64,000 nucleotides of DNA from Octopus bimaculoides. Lineage: Eukaryota. Under the pieces are notes generated by a model, which ran no database searches, was not told the DNA's origin, and was given only the letters and a program-made list of their open reading frames with translations. A program made the position numbers and the translations under genes. The DNA lies in the NCBI RefSeq assembly GCF_001194135.2, contig NC_068982.1:125942698-126006697 (forward strand). Reading direction: 5' to 3'. Positions 37,372 through 50,902 of the stretch are shown one piece after another. Each line of letters begins with the position of its first letter. The stretch's first letter is position 1.

Positions 37372-37829
37372 TGGTCCTTAATAAATATCAGTGAAAATAT
37401 GTTGAGGTACTAAATCTCTCCCTGCCCTAGTAATATTTTTGCCCACATTCTGTTTCATTTAAGCACAACAGTGTGTGGGGGAAACAAATAATTCAGCCCT
37501 TAGATTCCTTTCTGTAATTACACAAATAGTGAGTGGAGGAAAGTTTTTTTACATTTGTCCAGCCATGTTCCTCCTATCTAGCACCACATCGGTGTGTGGA
37601 AGAACAATGTCAATCTACCTCTGCCAACACTCCATTTTCAGCAATGTGGGTGGAGGCAGCATGGTGCTCTGCCTCAACCTATGCAAAACTCTTCTCTCTA
37701 TTTGCCACCACTTTTGCTGCCATCTTTCCATTTTCCTTTTTACCTACCTCCCCAATTGGAGAGTTTTTCAGCCTGTCTCTTTATCTCGACCAATGATATT
37801 CAAGCAATATTTTGACTACAGGCGCACGC

Positions 37830-38548
37830 ACACACACGCACACACACATACATACATCTACACACCTACTCACACATACACACGCAAACCTACACACCTA
37901 CACGTTCATGTGTACTTACACACATTTCTGCATGTATATTCAAATGAATAGATATACAGACATTTGCACATGCGCACACACACAAATGAACACAGAGATT
38001 TATATGTATATAAGCACACACACTCAAACACAGATGCATAAACAGCTATACATGTATGTGCATATATATATATATATATATACACACACGCACACATGTA
38101 TATTTATATATATATATACACACACCTATAATTATATATATATAAACACACATGCATGTATATATATGTNNNNNNNNNNAATTATATATATATAAACACA
38201 CATGCATGTATATATATGTATATGTATACATTAATATATATATATATATATGGATGTATGTGTCTCAGTGTGTGTGTATGTATGCATGCATGTATGTGTG
38301 CATGTGTGTGTATGTATGTATATGGATGTATATATATATATATAGATATATACATATATATATGTATACATATATGTATATACGTATACATATATATATG
38401 TATACATATATATATGTATATATATGTTTATATGGATACATATATATATATATATATACATGCTTACATATATGTATATGTATATATGTATACATATATG
38501 TATAAATGTATACATATATATTTGTATACATGTGTATATATATATTTA

Positions 38549-38622
<74 letters not shown>

Positions 38623-38680
38623 CATATATATACTCATATATACACATATATGTGTGTGTATGTATATATATGTGTATATC

Positions 38681-38714
<34 letters not shown>

Positions 38715-39360
38715 TATGCATATACATATGTATATATATATAAAATTATGATACAAGAAGATGGAATGAACATATGTATTGATATATGCATATACAGATG
38801 TGTATATGTGTATATATATATATATACATACATGTGTATATGTATATATATATATATATATATACATACATGTGTATATGTATGTATATCTATATATATA
38901 TGTATGTATATATGCATGTATATCTGTCTTTATGCATGTATGTGTGTGTGTATATATATTTTTACATACATACACACGTATGTATATGCATATATTTGCA
39001 TGTATATACAATACACACACACACACATACACATGTATTTACACGCACAAACTCACATATGTGAGTCTATCTTTGTGTGTGTACATGTACATCGTCATCA
39101 TCATCATAATCATTTGTATATCTGTTTTTCCAAGCTTGCATGGGTTATGTGTATGTATATATATATTCTGTATGTACACATCTACGTGTAGAAATATATA
39201 CATGTATGTGTGTGTGTTTTCTGTGCTGTTCTGTGTATGTACACGTATGTGCACACAAACATTTTCAAACAGAACTTCTCACATATGTGCTCATATATAC
39301 ATGTATGCTAATATACACAAATTTACACACACACACACGCGCGCGTGCACGCATGCTTGC
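37830..39360. repeat. Compound (TA)/(CA)/(TG) microsatellite field
   Basis: Low-complexity dinucleotide sequence producing YI/HT/CV pseudo-ORFs. Confidence 0.95.
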
Positions 39361-39454
39361 ACACATGCACACACACAATCTATTTTACCAAAACTTTGCT
39401 ATTGTTCAGCCTTCAACCTCACGGATAACAGCAGCAGCAGCTAGAAGTTCTATT

Positions 39455-39934
39455 TGGATATCCATCACCATCACACCCATCGCTGCCTCCCCCCCCCACC
39501 CGCTACCTTCTTCTTTCCTAGCCAAGTCACACCATCATCACCAGCTGCAGCAGCAGCAGCAGACATAGCTGTAGAAATTGTATGTATTATGATATACACC
39601 GCAACCACCACCACCATTTATCATCATCATCATTATCAGCAGCAGCTACATCATCATCATCATCACTACCGTTATCATCATCATCATCATCATCATCGTT
39701 GCGAATGCCACCACCATCCTCATCATCATTATTGCCGACACCACCACCACCACCACCACCATCATCATCATTGCCGACACCACCACCATCACCATCACCA
39801 CCACCACCACCATCATCATCATCATTGCCGACACCACCACCACCACTACCACCACCATCATCATCATCATTGCTGACATCACCACCACCACCACCACCAC
39901 CACCATCATCATCATCATTGCCGACACCACCACC
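39455..39934. repeat. (CAT)n/(CAC)n compound repeat with higher-order unit catcattgccgacaccaccac
   Basis: Unit repeated about 5 times before the N gap. Confidence 0.9.
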
Positions 39935-40593
39935 ANNNNNNNNNNNNNNNNNNNNNNNNNNNNNNNNNNNNNNNNNNNNNNNNNNNNNNNNNNNNNNNNN
40001 NNNNNNNNNNNNNNNNNNNNNNNNNNNNNNNNNNNNNNNNNNNNNNNNNNNNNNNNNNNNNNNNNNNNNNNNNNNNNNNNNNNNNNNNNNNNNNNNNNNN
40101 NNNNNNNNNNNNNNNNNNNNNNNNNNNNNNNNNNNNNNNNNNNNNNNNNNNNNNNNNNNNNNNNNNNNNNNNNNNNNNNNNNNNNNNNNNNNNNNNNNNN
40201 NNNNNNNNNNNNNNNNNNNNNNNNGTACCAACCTCTTTCTAAGCAAGCCCTGTCTTTATTTATTTATTCATTTATTTATATTTTTCTTTTTCCTTTTCAC
40301 TGCAGATAACTTTACACACTCATTTCCAAAGCCTTTGCCTGTCTGTCTGTCTGCGTGCCTGCCTGTCTGCCTGATTGTCTGTTTGTCTGCCTGCCTGCCT
40401 GCATGTCTTTCTGTCTGTCACTGTCTGTCCATCTCTCTTCTCTCTCCCCCCCCTTTCTCACTAAGTGTATATTCCTCTATTCCCACCACCCAACCATTCT
40501 TATCTGTAAAGCCTGTTTCCACTGGCTCTCAAATTATCTGTCTTCCTCCTGTCTTACTTCAGTATTATTCTCTCTTTTTTTTTTATCATTCTT

Positions 40594-40691
<98 letters not shown>

Positions 40692-40884
40692 CACGTATGT
40701 GTGTGTTATGTGTGTATGTGTTCATGTGTGTGTGTGTGTGTGTGTGTGTGCCCCATCTCTCTTACTGTGTACTATTCCATCTTTAATAATCCTTTCCTAG
40801 ATGTAAACACCTCTCTACTTCATTTTCTTATTCTCTCTATTCTTTGCTTTCTTTTCTCTATCCATCTACTCTTCTGTATGTATG

Positions 40885-40952
<68 letters not shown>

Positions 40953-41343
40953 TATAAAAGGGATGTATGGATTTTATATCTATATTCATGTAAATATATA
41001 GAGATGAATTTTATGTATGCATTTATATAAATATGTAGACAGATGGCTAAACATATGTGTCTGATATACGTACATATCTATATATATATGTATTTATAAA
41101 TATATATATAAGTATATACCACATACACACACACACAAATATATGTATATATAACTATATCTTTCTATATGTGTATGTATATTTATATATGTGTATGTAT
41201 ATTTATATATGTGTATGTGTGTATATATATATATATAATTTATTGGAAGCTGAAACTTCACAAATCAAATTTTTTTTCTCTTGTTTGTTTGTACTAAAAT
41301 TAGTGCTTTTCTATCTGTCTATTCATTTCTCAGAATCTCTTCT

Positions 41344-41399
<56 letters not shown>

Positions 41400-42074
41400 T
41401 GTGTGTGTGTGTGTGTATGAGTTCATTTGAAGCCATTGATTCGCTATGTTGTTAGTTTGGTCTGAGTTCCCCAATATCTATGTGTTTATTTCATGTGGCC
41501 CCCTGAATATATAAATAAAATCTACTATAAATTTTAAGTACTTTCCCCGTCTCCTTTCTTCACTCAAACACATTTAGGAAATGCAAGTTTCAGTTCTCAC
41601 AGATCCTTAAGTTTTGTTCTCTTCCCTTTGTGTGCACTTCCTATTTGGAATTTTCCCTTTCCACAAAATTGTAAATAGATGCCAACATAACTATGTGATA
41701 TAAACCACATGATTCTGTGTTGAAGTGCACCATGTGGAACCTTAAGCAAGATTTTCTACCATGGGGCTTGTGTGTGAAATTTCATAAGTAGATATGTGCG
41801 AAGTAGCCTGGTTATGTCTAGTGTTTGAGGTGTTTGGCTCATAAACATCAGGTTGTGATTTCAATTCCTGTACCAGGCAGCAAGTGTTATCCTTGTGCAA
41901 AGCACTTCACATTATGTTCCAGTAAACTTGTAATAAGTACTAGCCAGTTGCTTGTGCAGTCTTCCCTACTTCAAGCTCTCTCATCCTCACATTCTGTTGG
42001 GTCAAGATTGAGGGAGCCAAGAGGATATCAATCAATGTCTGCATATGACTTCATAGGCATCTAAAAACAGTGTA

Positions 42075-42405
42075 AACAAGAGCACTTAGAGAGCGCAAAC
42101 CTCTGTCAAGGCAACACCAATGTCCTCTCAACGGTTAGCCAGAGATGATTTTTAAAATGAGAATATCTGAAATAAACTCAACTGCTCTCACAAACAAGAA
42201 TACTAAAAATGAACCCAACCGCTCTCAAAAATTAAGTAGAAAAACAGATAAAATAATCCAGAATCCTTGTCCAGTACCAGAACAATCCAAAAATCTCATC
42301 AGTTTGTGCTAGTCACAGGACCAAACATCCCTGAAAGTTTCATCCAAATCCATCCAGTGGTTCTTGAGATATCTTGTCCATGGACAAACAAACGTGGCTG
42401 AAAAC
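42075..42405. mobile_element. Non-autonomous DNA-transposon-type repeat fragment (possibly Helentron-associated)
   Basis: aacaagagcacttagagagcgcaaacctc... and aagtttcatccaaatccatccagtggttcttgagatatc; family call is from recollected resemblance only. Confidence 0.3.
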
Positions 42406-42559
42406 ATGGGACATGTTACCAAACCATACTTGTCCATGAGTGACAGCTGGCTGTTCTGATTAAAAAAATAATGCATTTTCCAAAATGTGGCCATATTTTT
42501 GCCCAAAGGCAACTGAAATTTCACATAGAAGCTCATAATTTTTGAAGAATGTCATAAGT

Positions 42560-42960
42560 TCTTTCATTTCTTTATATTTGATTCAGTCTTTAGACTGTGA
42601 CCGTCCTGGGGTACCACCTTGAAGAATTTTAATTGAACAGATCAACTGCAATACTAATTTTTTTCTTTTTTAAGCCTGGTACTTAGTCTATCAGTCTCTT
42701 TTGTTGAACTGCTAAGTTTCAGGGATGTAAACCGTAAACCGGCACCAGTTGGCAAGCAGTGGTGGTGGTGGTGGTGGGGGCACGGACACGTACACACACA
42801 TATATGATAGGCTTCTTTCAGTTTCTGTCTACCAGATCCACTCACAAAGTTTTGGTTGGCCTGAGGCTATAGCAGAAGACACATACCTAAGATGCCACAC
42901 AGTGGGGCTGAACTCGGAACCATATGGCTGGAAAGCAAACATTTTACCACACAGCAACGC
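42560..42960 (-). mobile_element. Family A SINE, degenerate
   Basis: ctttcagtttctgtctaccagatccactcacaaag...ttttaccacacagc. Confidence 0.8.
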
Positions 42961-43479
42961 CTGCAAACATGTAACTTTATCTGAAAATTGTTCTTTTTTA
43001 GCTCCTGACAATAAAACTAAAGATTTTCTATGCCTCCCTAGCACTCAAATGAACACTAGTAAAAACAGTGATTATGAAAAGAATTCATTTAAAGTAATTA
43101 TATAAATTAATACAATATTGGAAGAATAAAAATCTGTTAGCCTTGAAAATGAGATAGATATTTAGAGTAACATTTTTGTATTAGATTCTATTTTTGAGTG
43201 CATTTTGTACATTTTTTAGAATCTCAGATTGAATCATCTTCTGGACGGGTAGGATACAGTAATTCTGAGATAACCAATGTTACTGGACAACATCTTTTTA
43301 AAGCAATTTATTCAAAATATAGTGAATTTAGATGATCTTTCATTTTTACTGTTTTTGTTTTGTTGTGCAATTGGCCTGTGTGTGTGCGTGTGTGTGTGTG
43401 TAGGCTGTGCTAATGTTGTTTGTAATGTGTTGGGAAAGATCCGGCATAACTTTCAAATTTAGGATGAATCTCATGTATT

Positions 43480-43633
43480 GTGGTTGTGTGGTAAGTAGCT
43501 TGCTTACCAACCATATGGTCCTGGGTTCAGTCCCACTGCGTGGTACCTTGGGCAAGTGTCTTCTACTATAGCCTCAAGCCAACCAAAGCCTTGTGAGTGG
43601 ATTTGGTAGACAGAAACTGGAAGAAACCCATCA

Positions 43634-43718
<85 letters not shown>

Positions 43719-43908
43719 TTGTGTGTCTGTGTTTGTCCCCCCCAACATCGCTTGACAACTGATGCTGGTGTATTTATGTCCCCGTAACTTAGCGGTTCAG
43801 CAAAAGGGGCTGATAGAATAAGTACTAGGGGTCGATTTGCTTAACTAAAAGGCGGTGCTCCAGCATGGCCGCAGTCAAATGACTGAAACAAGTGAAAGAA
43901 AGAAAAAA
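43480..43908 (+). mobile_element. Family A SINE with expanded internal (TA)(TG) tract
   Basis: gtggttgtgtggtaagtagc ... gactgaaacaagtgaaag. Confidence 0.9.
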
Positions 43909-44279
43909 GAATATCAGCCATGTTCTTTCTTTCTTTTTTGGTGAAATATAGTACATTTGAGTGGTCTAAATATTTGTGTGTCTCTAAACCTTTTTTTTTT
44001 ACTATGTTTTCTACATGAGCTGTGAATGTTTTAGAATATTTCTGTTTTTGTGTGAGTTTGTACTGTTTTGTATGTTTGAACTGTTCAGTGAAATGCTCAC
44101 TGTATTTGATGTTTACTAGTGTTACTTTTAAGAAGAGAAAGAGTGGACTCAGCAGGTGCTACTGAAAACTTGGCACTTTGGAGGTAACTCTAGGTGATTA
44201 ATGAAGAGTTGGAGAGGTTATACAACTGTATCTGGAGAATAGTGGTAATGTAATAGTAATGTTATCTGTGTATGAGGCT

Positions 44280-44400
44280 GTGTGCATGATTTTAGACAGT
44301 ACAGACTTAAAAGGTTAGGTGAAATGACATGTCCTTGTTGTTTTCTGTTTGGAAAATTGAAATATTTAATGCATTGTTGTTGTATACTACATAGGATTGT
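44280..44400 (-). pseudogene. Small RTE-like reverse-transcriptase relic
   Basis: FPNRKQQGHVISPNLLSLY resembles the GVRQGCILSPxLFNLY RT motif. Confidence 0.35.
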
Positions 44401-44559
44401 CAACATGAGGGGTAGTTTGTCAGTCAGTATTTTGTTTTGTTTTGCATGGATATGTTAAGTGTTTTGTGTCTAAGTGAGTAGCAGGGGATTGTTTTCTCCA
44501 CTTTGATGATGTCATTCATAGTTACAATGATATGTATATGGAATTATTTGTTGTTGAAG

Positions 44560-46260
44560 CCAAAAACCAGCACATGAACCCATTCTAATAGACAAGCAGA
44601 ATCTCTATTTGATCTTTCTGATATAATGTTCAGAGAACAAATAATGTTCTACCCAAGCAGGAGCAATACAATTCTAAACCTTTGCTTCAAAAATAACAAG
44701 ATTCATCTATAATGTGAAGGTGATGCCAACCACTTTCTCAAGCCACAATGTAGTACTGACAATGGTCCAAAGGAAACCATTAATATGTACCCTACAAGAA
44801 GCACTAAAACTTTATCCTGTCTAAATTTTCCCAAAGCTAACTGGAAGGCCTGAAAATCTTTCTAAGCAAGACCATTAAATAATACTTAAGCAATTCATGT
44901 CAATATTGTAAGCCAAATGCATTGAATTTGTTCCAAAAATAAAATCAATGCACACAAAAATATAATTTCTAGAGATGGTAAAATATATATGACACAAGAA
45001 CCAAACATCTCACATCACTTAAAGGAAACAATTTAGGATAGCAAGAAATCCCATTTAAACAAAACCAAATGCTAACAAGAAAAGGAGAGAGTAAAACTAG
45101 AAACCAGAAAATTCCAAATTGAACATTGAAGCTTTTTATAAATTTGAAAAAGAATTGGTTTCTGTAGAGTACAAAATATTGCTTTTGTTCCAAAGAAACA
45201 ACTCAATCACTGTAGACCACTCCCCACTCCCAAAGAATAAGTGAAATAACTGAATTCAAGATTGTTTTCCCCTTGCCCATGGGACATATGCAAATGACTA
45301 AGATAATTTCTTCACTTGTACAGCTCTGTGTTGGAAAGCAGCAAACTTTGGTGACAGGAACTCAAATTCAGCAACAAGGCCTTTTGCTTTCCTAGTAATT
45401 CTTTAAAAGCATGTGAACAGATGCTAGCAAAACCACTGCAGATACTTTTCCAAGGCTTCCTTACAAGTGGTAAACATCCTAAAAAGAGTTAAATGAATGA
45501 CATGACCAATCCATAAAGGAGGAAGCAGTGCAGAGGTTAAAAATTATGGGCCTGTCTGTCTGACTTCACATCAGTAAAAACAAATAATCTCTGTATGTCT
45601 TTCTAAGAAGTGGAAGTCATTTGTAACCAACAGTGCTCTTGCAAAGGAAACATTAAATCTGAGTAGAGTCCCCGAGGGATTCACTATTTTGGGGCCATTA
45701 CTATTTGTGTAGTGGCTCACTCAGACATGCCTTCACTTAAACAGACAACTACTCTTGCTAGCTATAATGATGATACTAAATTATCATAGCTAATCAAGAA
45801 TTCTGATGGATCTCACAAATATATACCAGAACCTAAATACGGCTTACAAGTGGGCCAGAGATGAAAGCAGAATGCAGTTTAATGCTAGAAAATTTCAAAT
45901 GTTTGTTCTCAGATCACAAACATATTGCAATCAAAATATACAAACCCGCCAGGGATTAACAATGCAAGAGTGAAATTAGTGCTTAACCTAGTGATCAATA
46001 TGAGTAATGATACATTCTTTCATGCACACAAGGCAGCAGTGTACTGGTTACTGGCAAGATGGATTCTAAGATTGTTCTGAAAACAAGAACCTGGGTTGGT
46101 TCTGTAGAGATAATTTGTTCTCAACTGTCTGGAATATTACTCTCATCTTTGGTCACCATGTAGTGTTAAACTAACCATGGAATTCAAAGCAATCCAATGC
46201 TTCTGCACTGTGAAGATTTGCCTGAATGCAACAGATGAGCTACTGTTTCTATAGATGTAA
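44560..46260 (+). mobile_element. CR1-clade LINE ORF2 relic (endonuclease end through RT), heavily disrupted
   Basis: PSRSNTILNLCF..SSHNV (EN end), NFPKANWK, HKGGSSAEVKNYGPVCLTS, VPEGFTILGPLLFV, LASYNDDTKL (YADD decayed, 45763-45774), LEYYSHLWSP. Confidence 0.85.
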
Positions 46261-46611
46261 AATATTTGTAGTGTAATGAACAAATAACAATGGAAGATAT
46301 TAAGAAAATATTTAATAATTAAAGAAATAGGTATAATATATATATAACAAAAAAAAAAATTAATTGTTGGTTCCTTGGTCATGCTGCCTTATATGGAAAT
46401 ACCCTCTCTCCCTCACTCATGGTCTACTTCCTCTGTTACTCCTCTTCCTATACAATTACAAGTTTCTGCTGTTACTTCTTCCTTATCTCCTCTTTGTCTT
46501 ATGTCTTCTGCTATGATTGCTACTCCTTATGTGGAAGTTGTTTTCATTGGAGGTAACATATGGAATATGGAGAATACCACACTGAGTGGTGTGTTCTATA
46601 GATGTTTGTGT

Positions 46612-46657
<46 letters not shown>

Positions 46658-46785
46658 ATAAAATCTGGTAATTAATCATATATTAATTAATATCGATTAA
46701 TTATCAGGAGGCCAGCACATCTAAAGAATCAAAGAGATTCAGAAATAATATCTGCAATCTTAGGGGATTAAGGTACATTTAAAAA

Positions 46786-46973
46786 AAATAACGTTGACCA
46801 CTAACGTGGACAATTAATGTGCTAGAAATAGATCACATCTTGTGTCTATTAAGACGTAAATTGTTCTAAACATGAAATATAGCAGCATACCATGTTGAGA
46901 ACAATCTAGGTCTTAATAGACACAAGATGTGATCTATTTCTAGCACATTAATTGTCCACGTTAGTGGTCAACG

Positions 46974-46979
<6 letters not shown>
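46786..46979. repeat. Near-perfect 194 bp palindrome
   Basis: 70 bp exact arms (46786-46855 and 46910-46979), 19 bp inner arms 16/19, 16 nt loop. Confidence 0.95.
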
Positions 46980-47016
<37 letters not shown>

Positions 47017-47169
47017 TACATACACACACGACACACACATACATCTTCCATACACACACACACATGCACATATTCAGAGAAAGAAAGAGGGATGTACAAA
47101 AATGAATATGTAATATAATGTATGTATGTATGTATGTATGTATATATGTATATTGAGATTAAGATATAT

Positions 47170-47364
47170 ACTCTTTTACTTGTTTCAGTCATTTGATTGT
47201 GGCCATGCTGGAGCACCGCCTTTAGTTGAGCAAATTGACCCCAGGACTTCTTCTTTGTAAGCCTAGTACTAATTCTATCGGCCTCTTTTGCTGAACTGCT
47301 AAGTTATGGGGATGTAAACACAGCAGCATCGGTTGTCAAGCAATGTTGCAGGGACAAACATATA

Positions 47365-47441
<77 letters not shown>

Positions 47442-47614
47442 ACACATATACATATATTTGATGGGCTTCTTTCAGTTTCTGTCTACCAAATCCACTCACA
47501 AAGTTTTGGTCAACCCGAGGCTATAGTAGAAGACACTTGCCCAAGGTGCCATGCAGTGGGACTGAACCCGGAACCATGTGGTCTGTAAGCAAGCTACTTA
47601 CCACACAGCCACTC
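47170..47614 (-). mobile_element. Family A SINE, full length
   Basis: Reverse complement of 62232-62630. Confidence 0.9.
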
Positions 47615-47715
47615 GTGTATGGGGAAGAGTATATTTAGATATATAAAATATCACTATCATCTATACTATTAATATTGTTGGTTGTTTAGCCATGCACAAA
47701 AATGTCACTCTATTT

Positions 47716-47862
47716 TCATCATCATCATCATCGTTTAACGTCTGCTTTCCATGCTAGCATGGGTTGGACGATTTGACTGAGGACTGGTGAAACCGGATGG
47801 CAACACCAGGCTCCAATCTAAATTTGGCAGAGTTTCTACAGCTGGATGCCCTTCCTAATGCC
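47716..47862 (-). mobile_element. Family D repeat
   Basis: (cat)n...gctagcatgggttggacg...gatgcccttcctaatgcc. Confidence 0.85.
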
Positions 47863-48170
47863 ATGTATGTTATTAATATGTTACAGTTGTAATTAATTGA
47901 TAGTTAAACAGTAACACCATTATTAATAGCATACATTTATTGCAAATATAAAAATGTGAAATTTAATTGTGTTTTAATTTGATAAATATTTTTATTCTGA
48001 AAATTAAACTTCATTTCATCATTTTGTATAAGCACCATGAAATTTGAAAAAGGAAAATTTTAATTAATATAGTTAATTATGTAATATTAACTGATACTAT
48101 TTACGGTGGTAAAAAATATATTCCAAGCATTACCCATATGACAATATAACAGTCGTGTGTGTGTGTCTTC

Positions 48171-48430
48171 AGCATTGTTTTAATGTCCACTTTTCCATGC
48201 ATGCATGGGTCAGACAGGATTGGTTGAGATAAATTTTCTACATCTGGATGTCCATCCTGCTGCCAGTCCTCACTTGTTTCCAAGCAAGAATTAATATTTC
48301 CACATGACTAGATAATATGTTTGCGTGGAATATTGGAAATGAATGGCATTCCTTGTGTGACAGTGACACTCATTTGCAACCACCATGTGATATCAAGGAA
48401 AGGAGACACAGACATGGACACACACACACA
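48171..48430 (-). mobile_element. Family E repeat, 3' part
   Basis: taatgtccacttttccatgc...cctcacttgtttccaagcaag. Confidence 0.65.
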
Positions 48431-49122
48431 CAATGCACAACACACACACACACATGTAAGAAACAATGCCAAACAGACAAATGTAGCCTGGACAGCTCTT
48501 CAGCTGACAAGCTCCTGTCAAACTGTCCAATCCATTGCCAGCATGGACAACTAGAGTGAAATGATGATATTGTAAATGTATCATCATCATCATCAGCAGC
48601 AGCAGCAGTAGCAGCAGCAATTAATGTCAATCCTCCATGCTAGCAATATTTGAATAATTCAACAGGATCTGATAAACCAGTGAAAAGAACTGTGTTAAGT
48701 TCCGTTGTCTGCTTTGGCAGGTTTTCTATGGTGGGATGCCCTCTCTAATGCCAGCCAGTTTATAGTGTACCGGGTGCTTTTTTTTTTTCATGGCGTTGGC
48801 ACGAGTGAGGTCACCAATTAACTTGCAAGACAAGCCCCCTCCACTGGATGGGGGTGTATTATTGAGGGAGGTGACTTTATGCCAGTTGTTGAGAAGTTAA
48901 ATTGCCACAAGGTATTTGTTTATCCTTCTCTCAAAGGAAAGATCATTTCAATAAATCAAGAATTTATTTTGTATGGTATCTAATAAACCTATATTCATTT
49001 TTGTTGTTAATACTCATACCACTGGTTACACTGAGTTTTTTTTTTCTCTTTGGTCATAAATGTTTTTGCTCTTTTCCATCATGTCTAAGTATTTCATCAA
49101 CTGGATTTAAGGTAGAACAACT

Positions 49123-49167
49123 GCTGTGCTGATGATGACTTTTGAGGCAGAAACACATGTCCTCAGT
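49123..49167 (+). ncRNA. Minimal type-I hammerhead-like motif
   Basis: gctgtg-CTGATGA-tgac(ttttga)ggca-GAA-ACACATGT-C-ctcagt; one mismatch each in stems I, II and III. Confidence 0.5.
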
Positions 49168-49221
49168 TGTCTTCTTGTCTCGTCTTCTTGTCTAATAATG
49201 CATCAGGGCATTATTATTATT

Positions 49222-50002
49222 CAGTAGTTTTATTTTTATAACATGCTTTCACTTCACTACCGAGCGCAGCTCTGTGCGCCTTGGGTATGTGCTGTGGTTT
49301 GCTGTGGTGCTCTTATGGTTACTGTATTGAAAGTGTTTTGCGTAGGATGTCTGCAGTGCCCAGTAGTGCAATTTTCTGTATGTTATATATATTTGTAAGT
49401 CCTGGTGTTTTTGTTATGTATTTGTCTGAATATTTTTTTATTATACCTAAGGTACCTACTATGATAGGAATTGTTTCTGTTTTTAGATTCCACATTCGAG
49501 TTACCTCTATTTCCAGGTCTTTGAATTTTGAAAGTTTCTCCATTTCTTTTANNNNNNNNNNNNNNNNNNNNNNNNNNNNNNNNNNNNNNNNNNNNNNNNN
49601 NNNNNNNNNNNNNNNNNNNNNNNNNNNNNNNNNNNNNNNNNNNNNNNNNNNNNNNNNNNNNNNNNNNNNNNNNNNNNNNNNNNNNNNNNNNNNNNNNNNN
49701 NNNNNNNNNNNNNNNNNNNNNNNNNNNNNNNNNNNNNNNNNNNNNNNNNNNNNNNNNNNNNNNNNNNNNNNNNNNNNNNNNNNNNNNNNNNNNNATATGA
49801 TTTATTGTTTCTTGTCCATCGCCACATATTCTGCAGTTATTTGTTATGCTTCTTTTCATTATATGTTTTTGGTAATTTCTGGTGGGGAGGCTTTGGTCTT
49901 GTGCCGCAGTTAAAAATCCTTCAGTCTCTGCTTTGAGTCCTGAGCTTCTCAACCATTGCTGGGATTTTTCTCTGTCTATTTCTTTTGCATTTAGTTTAGC
50001 CC

Positions 50003-50004
<2 letters not shown>
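49222..50004 (-). mobile_element. R4/Dong-like restriction-like-endonuclease non-LTR retrotransposon, 5'-truncated, internal gap
   Basis: WLRSSGLKAETEGFLTAAQDQSLPTRNY...CRICGDGQETINH (zinc-knuckle start) and KLSKFKDLEIEVTRMW...IPIIVGTLG...QKIALLGTADILRK; (TAA)n at both ends. Confidence 0.9.
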
Positions 50005-50054
<50 letters not shown>

Positions 50055-50364
50055 TCATCTTTCAATTCTGTTTCCATTTCTTGCCAAGTGTCTTCCTGAC
50101 ACCTAGGGCAGAGAAACGTACTGTATACATTGGTAGGCCATTAAAATAAGCACACCAGATTGTTCATTTACTGAGTCATGTGATAGAGAAAAAGGAAAAA
50201 ATAAAAAACAACTTTTATTTAGCAAACCAGTAAGGTATATATATGACAGGCTTCTTTTACTTTCCTGAGGCTATAGTACAAGACACTTACCTAAGATGCC
50301 ACACAGTGGGACTGAACCTGGAAGCATGTGGTTGGAAGCAAACTTCTTACCACATAGCTAAAGT

Positions 50365-50777
50365 GCAGGCTATGTTGTGTAGTAAAGATGTTTATTTCAC
50401 AACCACGAGGGTATGAATATAGTTCCACTGCTTAGCAGCTTGGATGTGTCTTCTACTATAGCCCAGGTTGATGAAAGCTTTATGGCTGGATATGGTTGGT
50501 AGAAACTGAAAGAAGCCTGTTGTATGTATATACATGGTGAGGTGCATGTATTTGTGTCTTGACATCATGTGATAGTTGTAAAAATGACCATCATTGTCAT
50601 GCATGTGGTGTCATTCATTAGCAATCTTCCTTGGAAACATGTCAAACCATGGAGAAGCATTACCTTGCTGGAAATGGATGAGTGTTGGTGACTGAAAGGG
50701 CATCCAGTCCTAGAAAATATTTCTCTACAAATTGTGTCTGTTTCATGCAAGCATGAAAGAGTAGGCATCAAAACAAT
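50365..50777 (+). mobile_element. Family E SINE, degenerate, head-to-head with a family A head (50245-50358, minus)
   Basis: A-type head then gacatcatgtgatagttgtaaa...aagggcatccagtcctagaaaa. Confidence 0.65.
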
Positions 50778-50847
50778 GCCGTTAAACTAATGGTGCGTAT
50801 ATATGGGTGTGTTTATATATACATCCGTATATATGTGCATATGTATG

Positions 50848-50902
<55 letters not shown>

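Noticed and set aside
37812-39444. Stack of long YI/CV/HT ORFs
   Set aside because: Stop-poor dinucleotide repeats; the same applies at 54.2-54.7 kb and 58.98-59.77 kb
39582-41030. 482 aa Ser/Pro-rich ORF and poly-His ORFs
   Set aside because: Translations of (CAT)/(CAC)/(CT)/(TA) repeats bridged by an N gap
43215-43335. Possible exon SQIESSSGRVGYSNSEITNVTGQHLFKAIYSKYSEFR*
   Set aside because: Acceptor plausible but no homology or linking exon; within chance expectation
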